Source of the DNA: Nemertoderma westbladi
Taxonomy: Eukaryota; Animalia; Xenacoelomorpha
Reading direction: 5' to 3'
Assembly: GCA_032718475.1 (NCBI GenBank)
Contig: JAUCBJ010000877.1
Location: 196,109-260,108, forward strand
DNA: 64,000 nucleotides
The notes under the pieces are model-generated. The model ran no database searches. It worked only from the letters and a program-made list of their open reading frames with translations, and had not been told where the DNA came from. The position numbers and the translations under genes are program-made. Positions 48,501 to 60,239 of the stretch are shown here, one piece after another. Numbering within the stretch: position 1 is the stretch's first letter; each line of letters opens with the position of its first letter.

Positions 48501-49143
48501 CTGTATTGATCAGCATATATATAACAGTTTGTTGAAGAATCCACACCATCTGTTATAGGCTCATTCTCCATGAAGGACAGGCCAATAAGAGCCTTCTTTA
48601 AACTTGTCTTGCCAGCTCTCTCTTGTCCAACTAACATTAGCCTGGTTTTCATCATCCATGTTGCACCAATCGATAGAGCTTTTTGATAAGCAGATAATGC
48701 CTCAGAACCTCTTGCTAAAATTTCTATTGGTATTCTTTGATATTTTATATATTGAACTAAAACTTTAGGCAGAATTAAAGTTGACCCTCTTCTTATTAGA
48801 AGTCCTTTATCTATTAACTTTCCAATTACCTTGCAACTTGATAGTTCATCAGTACCCCAAATTTCACTGATAGCTTCCATTTGTAATTCAGTAACATCAA
48901 TATCCAGACTCAAGTATAATTCCTTATCTTCTACCATGAGGGAATCGACGGTTCTTTTAATTATTTCATTTATTTGGCCATGATAAATTTTATTAATAGG
49001 ACCAACCCTTCCAACATAATGAACAATTTCTTTCCACTGGGTTGTATCATCCAAAAGAACTTCTAACTCTGTGATGCTTTTCTCAGAAGCACACGGTTTC
49101 TTATGAAGGGAATTTACTCGTAAGATTGTTCCACTATTATTAC
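45533..49143 (-). CDS. Roco gene, last exon: end of WD40, winged-helix-like region, Roc GTPase, COR, Cys-rich region, 3x CARD
   Basis: Acceptor TTTTTATTTAG at 49144, phase 1. GQERAGKTS (G1), TDGVD, ILDFGGQ (G3), VGTHKG (G4); LNFYHDRGTLIYF...VILNTEWL (COR); three ~85-aa CARD-like repeats (for example LDPTNLLPILESRHVLS...LIDYIKKRPYKDFEVFCESLRESNQGRLADL). Confidence 0.93.
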
Positions 49144-49854
49144 CTAAATAAAAATATTAAATAAGTAATAACATCAGTATTGAAATATTAAATATAATCG
49201 GTCCAATTAAAGCCAAAATTAAAAAAGTCTATAGAATGAAAATTGTTTGCGCTTCTAACATTCACTATATACCATGTATTGATTTAAGTATTAATTAGGC
49301 TAAGAAATCGAATATTTATTGTATGCAGCTAAAACATCAGCAAATGGATGGCCGATATCTCCAGCTGATTATTTATGTGTCATAGATTCCAGTGTCCTAG
49401 GCGAATTACTCCTCACCCCCCCCCCCCCCCCCCCCCCCACCTTCCCGGCACCCCTCATCCTCCCCTATAGACTTACGGTATATTAATAATGTGGTAGGTC
49501 TAATTTAGTTAATTAATTTTACTCGGACCCTTGGCAAACAAAGGGCCGTTTGACTCTTATATTAATGTCACTAACTCTAAGTTATATGATCTGGGAGTAT
49601 ATTGCTGGTATTTACTGAATTGAACGGGCTCTATGCTCAAAATAATAGAGTAGATTGCTCTAATCCTAGTATACGGTTTCAGGATATCCCTGATTAACAG
49701 TTACGTGTCCACCAAATTCAGACGTCTAAGTACAGTAGGATTGAACAGTGAGCACAGTGGAACCATATGATGGTATTGACAGATGGGAGGCCATGAGGGC
49801 GTAAATTGAGGGCATACAAAGCATCGGGTAGTATTTCCAGGTCAACCTTTTACC

Positions 49855-49950
49855 TGAACCACTAGTGGAATGGTTAAACCATCGGACTTCCAACCTGAAG
49901 GTCACCAGTTCGATCCCACTTGGACTGGATGTCATTGCCAACTTTACCAC
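49855..49950 (+). mobile_element. tRNA-derived SINE-like head in the Roco intron
   Basis: A-box-like TAGTGGAATGG, anticodon-like loop CTTCCAA, B-box AGTTCGATCC; no proper acceptor stem. Confidence 0.55.
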
Positions 49951-50176
49951 ACGTGTCCAATGAAAGTTAAAAATCTAGACAGGACGTAGATCTATTGGTG
50001 ATAATTACTTGTGATTGACAGAATAGGCCCATAATACTTGTCAACTATTACTATGCAAACTACTTGTCACTGAAACATCGACATGTTCCAGTGACAAGGA
50101 CATGTTACAGTCAACGTTGATGTTTCGGCTGTGAGCAGTGGAACAACAACATAATAGCATAAATTACTTAGATTAC

Positions 50177-51050
50177 CTATAATGATATGGACGTTGTCGT
50201 TGTGATAATGAACAGCCATTACAATTGTCCTCTCTGCAGTGAGTTTGATTCGGTTAACTATCTCTCCGGTGTGGAAATTAATTATGTAAATCAACCCAAG
50301 TCCAACGGCGGCAACTCTAGACCCGTCTGAACTGAAAGCGAGACGGCTTGAACCTGTAGCCCCTTCCTGCTCCCAAAGTAATTCACAAGAATCAACAAGA
50401 AAGCGATGAATGCAACCTCCATCTTCTAATGAAACGATAGATTTAGAATCTTGACTCCAACCCAGTCGGAGGACACCTGCACTGTGACCGAGATATTCCG
50501 TTATGAATTCTTTTGTACTTATCAACCAGACTTTAACAGTTTTATCACGAGATGAACTGGCCAATCTGGAACCATTCGAATCAAAACGAATATGCGTGAC
50601 CCAATCAGAATGTCCTTTCCATGACAATACTTTGTATCTATACCCTTTAATATATATTATTGAAATGCTCCCATCACCAGAACCGCATGTGCATAGTATA
50701 TCAGGGTCACTTGGGTGGAATTGGATTCCAGTTCTGACTACAACCATTCCACCTCTAATCTGGAACTCAGAGCCAGGTATCTGGAATCTCAGGTCCCACT
50801 TACCAGAAGACATTCTGTACCATATAGCAACATCTCCACCTCTAGTACTTGAAGCAATCCGGCTCCCATCACACGAAATAGAAACTCTAAGAAAATTCAT
50901 TGATGAACTTGACAACGTTGGCATAGAGTTAGTTACGTATAAGGTCGATGAGTTAGCAATGACTACGCTTTTTGGGGAACTATATACAAACTCATCCGTG
51001 TCTGTAGGAAACGGTTGGATGTCACAAATTCCATTATCTTCAGATTCCAT
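50177..51050 (-). CDS. Roco gene, WD40 beta-propeller exon
   Basis: GHSDWVTHIRFDSNGSRLASSSRDKTVKVW and similar repeats. The phase-1 donor G|GTAATC at 50177/50176 joins to 49143 to give HIIIG-NNSGTILRVN, completing a WD blade. An acceptor-like TTTATAG at about 51081 suggests further upstream exon(s). Confidence 0.88.
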
Positions 51051-52940
51051 CGCGAATATAAAGAGTGGATGGATGTAATACTATAAATTTTTTTAGAGAA
51101 TGAGTCTATATTATTTTAATTACTATAATTAATCGAATTAATGGCATGTTTAATAGGTGTTAAATGATTTATAATTGTTTCAGTAATATAATAATCGAAG
51201 ATAAATTATTATTAAGAATTTAAAATCAAGAATCTTAAAATACTAAGAAATTAATTGGACTTTAATACAACAAATATAAAGGAAAATTACCTTTATTATC
51301 ATATATTAATGGTGTAAGTTAGGTAATCGTTTTGACCGCTGTGACAGAGTAATGTTCGAAAGCATTTGATTAAGTTTGATAACAATCATGTAGTCAAACA
51401 TTAAAGGGATTTAGACACGTATATATTTGTTATTTATACAATATGTAATTTTATGTAAAATTTACCTAAAGGATATACCTTAGCATAATAACTAAATCGA
51501 AAATCTGGATGAATCTTTCGAATATAATTCGAGAAATGCATGCAGGATATTATCGACGCAATTTGAGTCAATAAGGACAAAAAATATCAGATATGCCTGG
51601 ATCTACCAAAATATTTTTAATGTAACTGCCAAGAAAGTGCTGCCTTCGTGTGTTACCTTACCACTTGGTGTTTCATGTTCACAGGCAAATTTAAATTACT
51701 TTACTTTTAGCCTGACCCTCCATTAGGTTAAAGAGCACTTTAAACAATAACAAATTAAATAACATCTAATCAGATTTAATTAACAAGCACCTTCAACAGA
51801 AAGTACATAGAGTTTCATACCACCTTCATATAACTCCTAAAAACCCAATTACCCTGATTTAGTAAGTCTGATCTTCAAGAGTTTACTTTATTCTCGGCTA
51901 CAATCAACTGAAAAATTAAAACAGATATTTAGAAGTGAAAAATGGTATATATATATATATATATATAACATATGTAGGTACGCAAGTGCATGATGTGTTG
52001 CAATATGTGGACAGTATAGTCCATGTAATTTTATGTTCCAACAGACACATATGTAATAAGTGCATTTGCTGCCTAGTATAGTATTAACAAGCAGCTTAAA
52101 GATATTGCGAGTAAACGCAAGATATATAGAAGAGTGAACACAACACTAGTGTGTAATATGTGTGTTCACTTATTCAGTATGAAATAAAGAAACGCTAGTT
52201 ACAGTAGGTAACACTTTGCATGATTGCTAAACACTTATTTTGATCAATTACGATTAGGCAAGAGTTCTGCCATGTAACGCGGTATAGCAAGGGCACTCAT
52301 GTGCCACCCTTGGTAAAAACAAAGTGTGGTCGAAATCAGAGATGCGCAACGATTTAGCACAATTATGATACTGTTAGTAATCCTACATAACTGTCTCTAT
52401 CCATCGTTGCAGTAATCACACACTGATTGACAATCGGTTATCATGTATTTTGGATTGTTGGAACACTCTCCCTCGTGCTGCCCACGTGATACAATGTTCG
52501 TTCAGATCTTCCCTTTCAGAGCATTCTGGATTTAAGATAAATTAAGCAACTATTTTTATGTAATATTAATATTAGGTTTGTCGATTAAATATTCCAGAAA
52601 ACTAATAAATTTTTACGAATTTGACATTAAATACCAAATCAATAATTCTGTGAACCTTCAATATTCTGAAATAATATTGTGCAATGCTAGGTCGATAGGT
52701 CGATAGGTCGATAGGTCGATTTCTTGATCAAACATCAAATTGTTTTATGCAAAACTAACATGAAAATAACTGCAAATATTGCTGGGCATTCGTAGAAAAA
52801 TAATTTATTGAGGGATAGTGCTTAAATAGCTCTTATAGACGACGTTCACTGTCTTAGTAATGGGCTGAGAGTTGGGGAATCGAAAACAAAGAATAGAGAT
52901 GAGGAACAGCGATAAAGTTTTTAATTTCATAATATTATAA

Positions 52941-52992
52941 GTCAAATGCAAACGTTTCGGAAGTAAACAACTACCATCTTCAGTGCAATCAA
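52941..52992 (-). ncRNA. Minimal hammerhead ribozyme of the Penelope pLTR
   Basis: Minus strand reads TGCA-CTGAAGA-TGGTAGTTGTTTACTTCC-GAAACGTT-TGCA: core, stem II with one mismatch, palindromic AACGTT in place of stem III. Lies about 240 nt downstream of the GIY-YIG stop. Confidence 0.8.
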
Positions 52993-54009
52993 AAATAAGC
53001 CAAATTAAAGTAAACAGAAATTTGAAAAAAAAACGGCCAAAGAAACAAATATAAAATGCAGTAGTGCTATAGTGCAGAAATAGGGCCTACCTAAGAAGGG
53101 AGAGCAGTATAGTAAATAGGTTTAAACAATATAACGGCAAATATCCTATCTAAATGGGTCTATACTGTATATGTGTAAAGTAGTAAATAAGGGATAGGGG
53201 GGGGGGGGGGGGGGTTTGGGTGGGTGTCCTAAAATAATTCAAGAGGAATGGAGCTAGTTTGTGTATTCAACGTCGGGTGTCTGTCTCTAATAAATAATGT
53301 CTCTTTAATGGATAAGCTAAAGGAATCACGCGCCGTACAAAGTACTTCGAAGTTCTGTAGGGAGAATGAGTGGTCCGTACCAATCCAGTGGTCGAAAACC
53401 GCTGAATTTCTGGGGACAGAGAAGTAGTTTGTAAGGTATGACTTTCCACTATGTTCTCCTACACGTACGCCAAGATGACGGATAGATTTACCAATATACG
53501 TAGCATTACAGCTACTACAGGAAAAAAGATAAACAATCTTGGAGCGCATATGCTTGGGAACTAGATCTTTAGTTCTGAAAAATGAAGACAACCTATTAAC
53601 AGGTCTAAAAATAATACGTAGATTGGTGGCAGGTAAGGCATCCCTGAATAGGCGACGTAGCCTGTTCTTAACCCTATTACCACTGGGGTGTTTTGACCAT
53701 TAGCACCACTGGGGGGGGGCCGATTCGGCCCACCCACTATATTTTTGTAATCGTCCAATGAAATCCTACAAAATTTGGGCTGTTGGTGAAACAACTATAG
53801 ATGAACACTACCAAACCCTAAAAAGTTAAAATTTCATAATCAGGGACTCATAATTTTGATGAAAAATAAAAGTAGTCCCAGGACAAAATTACAAAATTTT
53901 TCGTTTTCTAAAAACTAATAGCGTGGCAGTGTTGGCTAGATTTAGTAGGTTTTTCAAGACGCTGAATCGATTGTGATTATATTCCATTTCCAAAAATTGA
54001 AGTGGATGC

Positions 54010-54680
54010 TATTTTTCGTGCACCTAAGAAGTGGGCGTGGCACTTCAAATTTTGAAAAATTAGATATTCAGAAAATCCCACTAATTTTTTATTTCAACGC
54101 ATCTTTATAGGTTTTCTGGGCCGCTGAATCGATTGAAAGTAATATAAAAGCCTGAAGACTTAGTGGTTCGCCATTTTTGGTGCACCAAAATTAGGGCATG
54201 GCACTTCAAATTTTGAAAAATACGAGATTCGGAAAATAAACCAAAATTGAAATTTTAACGCATTTATATAGGTTTTCTAGACCGCTGAATCGATTGAAAG
54301 TAATATAGAAACCTGAAGACCTAGAGGTTAACCATTTTTGATGTAACAAAATTAGGGCGTGGCACTTCAAATTTTGAAAAATACGAGATTCGGAAAATAC
54401 ACCAAAATTGAGATTTTATCGCATTTATATAGGTTTTCTGGATCGCTGAATCGATTGAAAGTAATATAGAAGCCTGAAGACTTAGTGGTTCGCCATTTTT
54501 GGTGCATTAAAATTAGGGCGTGGCACATCAAATTTAAAAATACGAGATTCGAAAAATGTTTCTAAGCATTTTTATAAGTTTGCTGGGTCGCTGATTCGAT
54601 TGAGATTACTCATAAAACCAGAATACTTAGTGGGCCTCATTTTTGGCGCCCAAAATTTAGGCGTAATCTAATAATTTCGA
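54010..54680. repeat. piggyBac left subterminal ~121-bp tandem repeats (about 5)
   Basis: CGCTGAATCGATTGAAAGTAATAT...GGCGTGGCACTTCAAATTTTG recurs with period about 121. Confidence 0.9.
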
Positions 54681-55295
54681 AAATTAAGAAAATAATACAG
54701 GCCAAGCTATATGCTTTTGGTACAAGAATCTGGGAAGGAAATGGCTTACTCAAAGGAATGAACCATAATGCCTTGTGAAACCAGACTAACCATATCTAAG
54801 TCGCCAGCAGGTAGGAGGTTTGTTTACTCCCTGCATTGCTAATGTAATAATTATATAATTATATACAAAGCTGGTAACCTCTAAGGTAGTGGAACTATGC
54901 TGTGATTGGTTCTATCAGAAGTTGAACTCAGACAATATCAGCCCTTGGTTGCAATATTGGCAACTACTGGGACTGGAATTGCGTAATTTGTAACTATTTT
55001 ATTATATGATTATTAATTTGTGAAATTTGGATATCAAAATCATTGTAATTATTAGTAAAATAATAATATTCATTTATTGCTCTAATTAATTTCACACATG
55101 ACACATACCATTTACTCAGATATACTGTTACTCAGTACAGCAGTAGTAACAATGCGGTATTGTAATGTCCGAAATTCTGCTAAATTGATTATATTATGAC
55201 TCGATAATAGCATATTATAAAATGTAGATTTTCCACGCAAAAAAAATGATCGCAGTGTTTGTGAAAGTAATTATTCCCTTATTACTATTTACAAT

Positions 55296-58008
55296 ATGAC
55301 TGCCCAAAGGGGGAAATCAAATTATACATTGGAACAAGCTATCCGTTTTCTTGAAAACGATGATTTACTCCCACCACTAACTGACTCTGATAGTGAAACG
55401 GAAAGTGAGAGTGGAATTTCAGGAAATTAATTACTTCTGGATAATGTGGGTGAAGAAATCATTGGTATAACCGAGGGCGGTAGTGGTGAAGTGGAGGAAG
55501 AAATCCGAGGAGGGGATGATTCAATTCAAGCAGAAGAACCAGATAGGCCTAATGTGAATATAGTGATGAGACCAATCCCTGCATCAACTAAGTTGGCAAG
55601 TGGAAAAACACCCAATGTAAGAAAACGCCTCTTCACAGAAATTTCAAAAGCTGGCACTATTCATCACAAACCAAAACATATAATAAATAGTTTGGATGCG
55701 TCATTGGATATAAATAATTATAATCCACTTGATTTGCCAGCTGATAGTTGCAACTATGACGCACCCTATGGTAGAGAAGGGCATCAAGGTGTTTATACAT
55801 GGAGTGGTAAACCATATGATTTACGTGGACAACACTCAGCCCTTGATGTTGTTGTTGGGAAACCAGGGTTAGCCACAACAGAGGCTAAAAACATTAATAA
55901 CATTGAACAGGGTGGTCGTTATTCTTCAGAGATAACATAATAGGTGAAATATTAAAGTACACAAATGTAAAAATAGCACGAATCAATGAAGAATTCCCAC
56001 TATCAGCATCCCAGCAAAGTAGACAACGTGATTGGAGAGGGCTAACAGGTGAGATAGAATTGAAAGCGATGATGGGCCTAATGTACATTCGCGGACTGCT
56101 GGGGTGGCATAATTATTATATCTCTATGTTGTACGATGGAAATCTAGGAAATGACATATTTTCTGCGACAATGTCACGAGATCGATTTCAGTTCCTTCAT
56201 GCGGTATTGACTTTTGATGATCACACTACTAGGGAGGATCGTTGGGCCCAAGACAAGTTAGCTGCATTTCGTAGCATCTTGAATATGTTCAATTCTAATT
56301 GTTCGAGTCATGTCATCCCAAGCGAATACCTTACAATTGATGAAACATTGTACCCCATGAGGTAAGTATTAAATAATTCGGTTAATTAAATGCTTGAATT
56401 TAACATAAAAAAATTAAAACTGAATAAAGTTTATAAATTTATAAGCAAACGATACCAAAAATGCAGTATTATGTGTTTATAAAACTGTTTAATTCATATC
56501 TGGCCAATGCCATGGTTACACTAAAATATGAATATTTACTTTAATTTCTCAGACATGCCATATCGGGAATAAAGACATATATAAAAGCTAAGCCGGCGAA
56601 GTATGGGATCAACAATCGGTCTTTGAATGACGTTATATTTCCTTATACCTATTGCTGTGACCCCTATGCCGGTAAACCGTTAGTACCTGATGATGCTCCT
56701 GAATATGTTGAAGGCTATGTTGCTGTGGTTACTAAACTTGTTGATATTCTCCGCAAACACACATCTGTCAAAGGACGTAACATATCCAGTGATCAGCTTT
56801 ACACCTCATTACCGCTATCAGCCGCCCTTGAGGACAGAGATATGACTATACTTGGGACAATGCAACTAAATAGAGTTGGTATACCCGATTACATGAAGGA
56901 GATTGGAGATAGGGAGACTCACGATGTACGCATGGTATACCTACCGCGTCACAAATCAAAGGATGGAATAATCGCGAAAAATAATCGGGCTACTATGACT
57001 TCATACAAAGACTAAAAGCAAAGGGAAGAAGTTAGTTTGGTTTAGTATTGTTGATTTAATATAACTTATTATAATTATATAACTAATAACTTCATGATTA
57101 TACTCGTGTGCTACTACTTGTTGCTAAAGTAGTCTGAATGAAGTAAATTGAAACGAAATAAATGTTGATTAGTAAAATTAAAGAAATTAATAAAATACAT
57201 AATTAAAATTATCTTGTAATAATAGAAAAATAAAATTACCAAATAAATAATAATTAATAAAATAGTGCCGATAATCGAAAACTGAGAAAAATATTTACTT
57301 ATGTTTTATATAATATTATAATAATGTAAGACAATAAATTTATAAAGTAATATGTAGTAAAATAATCGCAATTAAATATGTTATTATTTTGTTAGGAATA
57401 TTATAGTATTGACGTCGATGCATCCACTCCTTGGGAAGACAAAGGATGACAACAAGAACAAACCCGCAATCATCAAACTTTACGACTTTTCAAAAGGGGA
57501 CACAGATATAGTCGACCAACGCATTGGATACTACACCACAAAACCGAAATCAAATAGGTGGCCAATGGTAGAATTCAGCTACATTTTAGATACGGCCCGT
57601 GTTAATGCTACAACTGTCCTTGCCTTGAAGGCAAAAAAAGATCCAAGGAACGTCAATACTCGGAAAATCATTTGGGAGTTGGGTGTTGCACTGGTAAAGC
57701 CATATATGGTCAGTCGTTCTAGAACTGGTCTGCAAAGATCAGTTCTAGAAAAAATATCGCGGTATATCGATGAGCCAGTTACGACTGCTACTCTTCCCTC
57801 GACATCGCAAACACCACAACCTCAGGGTGGTACACCAACACGTAAACGTTGCCGCGATTGTCTACATAGTCTAGCTGGAACAGGTTGTTACCGTGCAGAG
57901 AAGGATAAGATAAAAAAAGTGAAAACTGTATGTTCCCGTTGCAACGAAACTTGCTGTCAAACGCATGGAACTCTCCTTTGCACTAAATGCTATACTGGAA
58001 ATCTCTAA
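55296..58008 (+). pseudogene. Intron-containing piggyBac transposase with stops and frameshifts
   Basis: TMSRDRF, LTIDE, KPAKYGI, ISSDQLYTS, GDTDIVDQ and a C-terminal Cys-rich domain. GT-AG introns at 56362-56552 and 57031-57395 (the second join gives KSKGKK-NIIVLTSMHP). In-frame TAA at 55428. Confidence 0.9.
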
Positions 58009-58209
58009 TCATGTACCTTGTCAGTATATTTTAAAGTTAGACCACTACCAATCATGTTTATTTTAGGTATATAAAACCAAGTTAGACTCAATTGCATGTA
58101 TGTAGTAGTTATAGAAAATTCTAATTTCAATATATATGATATACCATTGTAGGCCATATTCACGAACATGAAATAAACCCTTACATTCTGGCCAAGTCAC
58201 ACACACATT

Positions 58210-58820
58210 CGTTTCAGCGGCCCATAACACCTAAAAAAATGATTTGAAATCAAAACTTTAGTGTTTTTTCCGAATAAAGTAATTTTGAAAATTTGAAGTG
58301 CCACACCCTAATTTTGGTGCACCGAAAATTACGTACACCAAGGATTAGAGGCTTCTATATTACTTTCAATCGATTCAGCGCTCCAGAAAACCTATAAAGA
58401 TGCTTTGAAATCAAAACATTAGTGTATTTTCCGAATCTTGTTTTTTTCAAAATTTGATGTGCCACGCCCTAATTTTGGCGCACCAAAAATGGCGAACCAC
58501 AAAGTCTTCAGGCTTCTATATTACTTTCAATCGATTCAGCGCGCCAGAAAACCTATAAAAATGCTTTGCAAATAAAAAATTTAGTGTATTTTCCGAATCT
58601 CGTATTTTTCAAAATTTGAAGTGCCACGCCCTAATTTTGGTGCACCAAAAATGGCGAACTACTAAGTCTTCAGGCTTCTATATTACTTTCAATCGATTCA
58701 GCGCTCCAGAAAACCAATAAAAATGCTTCGAAAACAAAACTTTAGTAAATTTTCCGAATAAAGTAATTTTGAAATTTTAAAGTGCCACGCCCTAATTTTG
58801 GTGCTCCAAAAATGACGTGC
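58210..58820. repeat. piggyBac right subterminal ~121-bp tandem repeats, inverted relative to the left array
   Basis: ATTACTTTCAATCGATTCAGCG...GAAGTGCCACGCCCTAATTTTGG repeats. Confidence 0.9.
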
Positions 58821-59126
58821 CACTACACTTACATACTTGTATAGAGCATTAGAGTGATCCAAAGCAATAAAAATAAATAAAAATAGCCCAAACATAAATA
58901 ATTACTAAATCACGAATGACTTTGTAAAATTCGAAAATTTCAAAAAATTTGGTTCTGGAGACCAAATTTTGAGGTGGCACCCACATCGAAAAGTAGAAAT
59001 CCAATTGCAACGTTGTTTTTTGCAAAATATGCGGCATTAAATTTGGCTAATTCTCAATAAAAATTGGGCGGGTACGTAATGTGGTTGCTTAGTTACAGCA
59101 ACTAAAAACTAGGAAGGGGCCGATTC

Positions 59127-59157
<31 letters not shown>

Positions 59158-59574
59158 GTGGTAATAGGGTTAAGTACCAGACAATGTGGACCTGTAAAGG
59201 GGAGTACAATATACAGTGGACGTTGTTCGACAGTGGTAACAGGGTCGCGTGGGGGGGTATTCACTTTACGTAGAAAAACTCGTGTAATAGAATCAAGGAG
59301 GGCTTTAGGGTAACCGTTCTTTCGTAGTGTCGCGCAGAGGTCTAGTAGTCCCACATGAAAAATACTGTATGAGGTTGAAATTCGAAATAAACGGTTGAAT
59401 AAAGTAGAAACTAGGCCACTTTTGTAACTAAAGGGAATAAAACTAAAGTAGCTAGTGTAAAGGCCGGTATATGTTGGCTTACGATATATAGAAGTAATAA
59501 GGTTAAATGAGTTATTTTGTGTAACTAGTACATCGAGAAAGGGAAGGGATGAGTTTTGTTCATGTTCATGTTTG

Positions 59575-59689
59575 TTATTATCAGCGCACCTAGTGTGCCC
59601 AATAGGCAGTGGGAAGAGTGAGCGATTAACATCATTATCAACGAACTCATCCCACTGCCTATTGGGCTCACTAGGTGCGCTGATAATAA
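59575..59689. repeat. 115-bp near-perfect palindrome (MITE-like) at the centre of the PLE inversion
   Basis: TTATTATCAGCGCACCTAGTG(T/A)GCCCAATAGGCAGTGGGA and its reverse complement: 40-bp arms with one mismatch. Confidence 0.88.
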
Positions 59690-60239
59690 TGGTCCTACTG
59701 TAGAGGGTATAAATAAAGAACAGTTCCAACGTCTATTGAGACTTGCACTACATGATAATTATTTTATATTTAATGGTGCACTTTATAAACAACTAGACGG
59801 TGTAGCTATGGGCTCCCCTTTAGTCATGGCCATCGCTAACGCATTTTTAGCTCACCACGAACCAAACTGGATTAATGAATGCCCCCCATCCTTTAAACCG
59901 AAACTCTACAGGCGCTATGTTGATGACACTTTCCTTATTTTTGATAACAAACTCCAGTCAGACCAGTTTCTTGCTTACTTAAACTCTAAACACAAATATA
60001 TTAATTTTACTTGCGAACATGAACAAAACTCATCCCTTCCCTTTCTCGATGTACTAGTTACACAAAATAACTCATTTAATCTTATTACTTCTATATATCG
60101 TAAGCCAACATATACCGGCCTTTACACTAGCTACTTTAGTTGTATTCCCTTTAGTTACAAAAGTGGCCTAGTTTCTACTTTATTCAACCGTTTATTTCGA
60201 ATTTCAACCTCATACAGTAATTTTCATGTGGGACTACTA

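Larger units (their letters stand above)
53672..59169 (+). mobile_element. piggyBac DNA transposon
   Basis: TTAA TSDs at 53668-53671 and 59170-59173, TIR CCCTATTACCACTGGGG. The empty TTAA site is seen in the mirror PLE arm at 63618-63621. Confidence 0.96.
52900..59567 (-). mobile_element. Penelope-like element, left inverted arm (RT C-terminus, GIY-YIG, pLTR), split by piggyBac
   Basis: 59567-59174: EQNSSLPFLDV...IYRKPTYTG...NGYP. 53591-53229: IVYLFSCSSCNATYIGKSIRHLGVRVGEH...IKETLFI...PTLN (GIY-YIG). Mirror copy of 60016-64000. Confidence 0.92.

Noticed and set aside
49855-49930. Functional tRNA-Gly gene
   Set aside because: The acceptor stem does not pair; better explained as a SINE head. 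The same applies to the B-box-like motifs at about 26440 and 44800.
59109-59729. 206-aa ORF as a novel gene
   Set aside because: A chance read-through of filler, palindrome, the inverted PLE arm and the piggyBac TIR.
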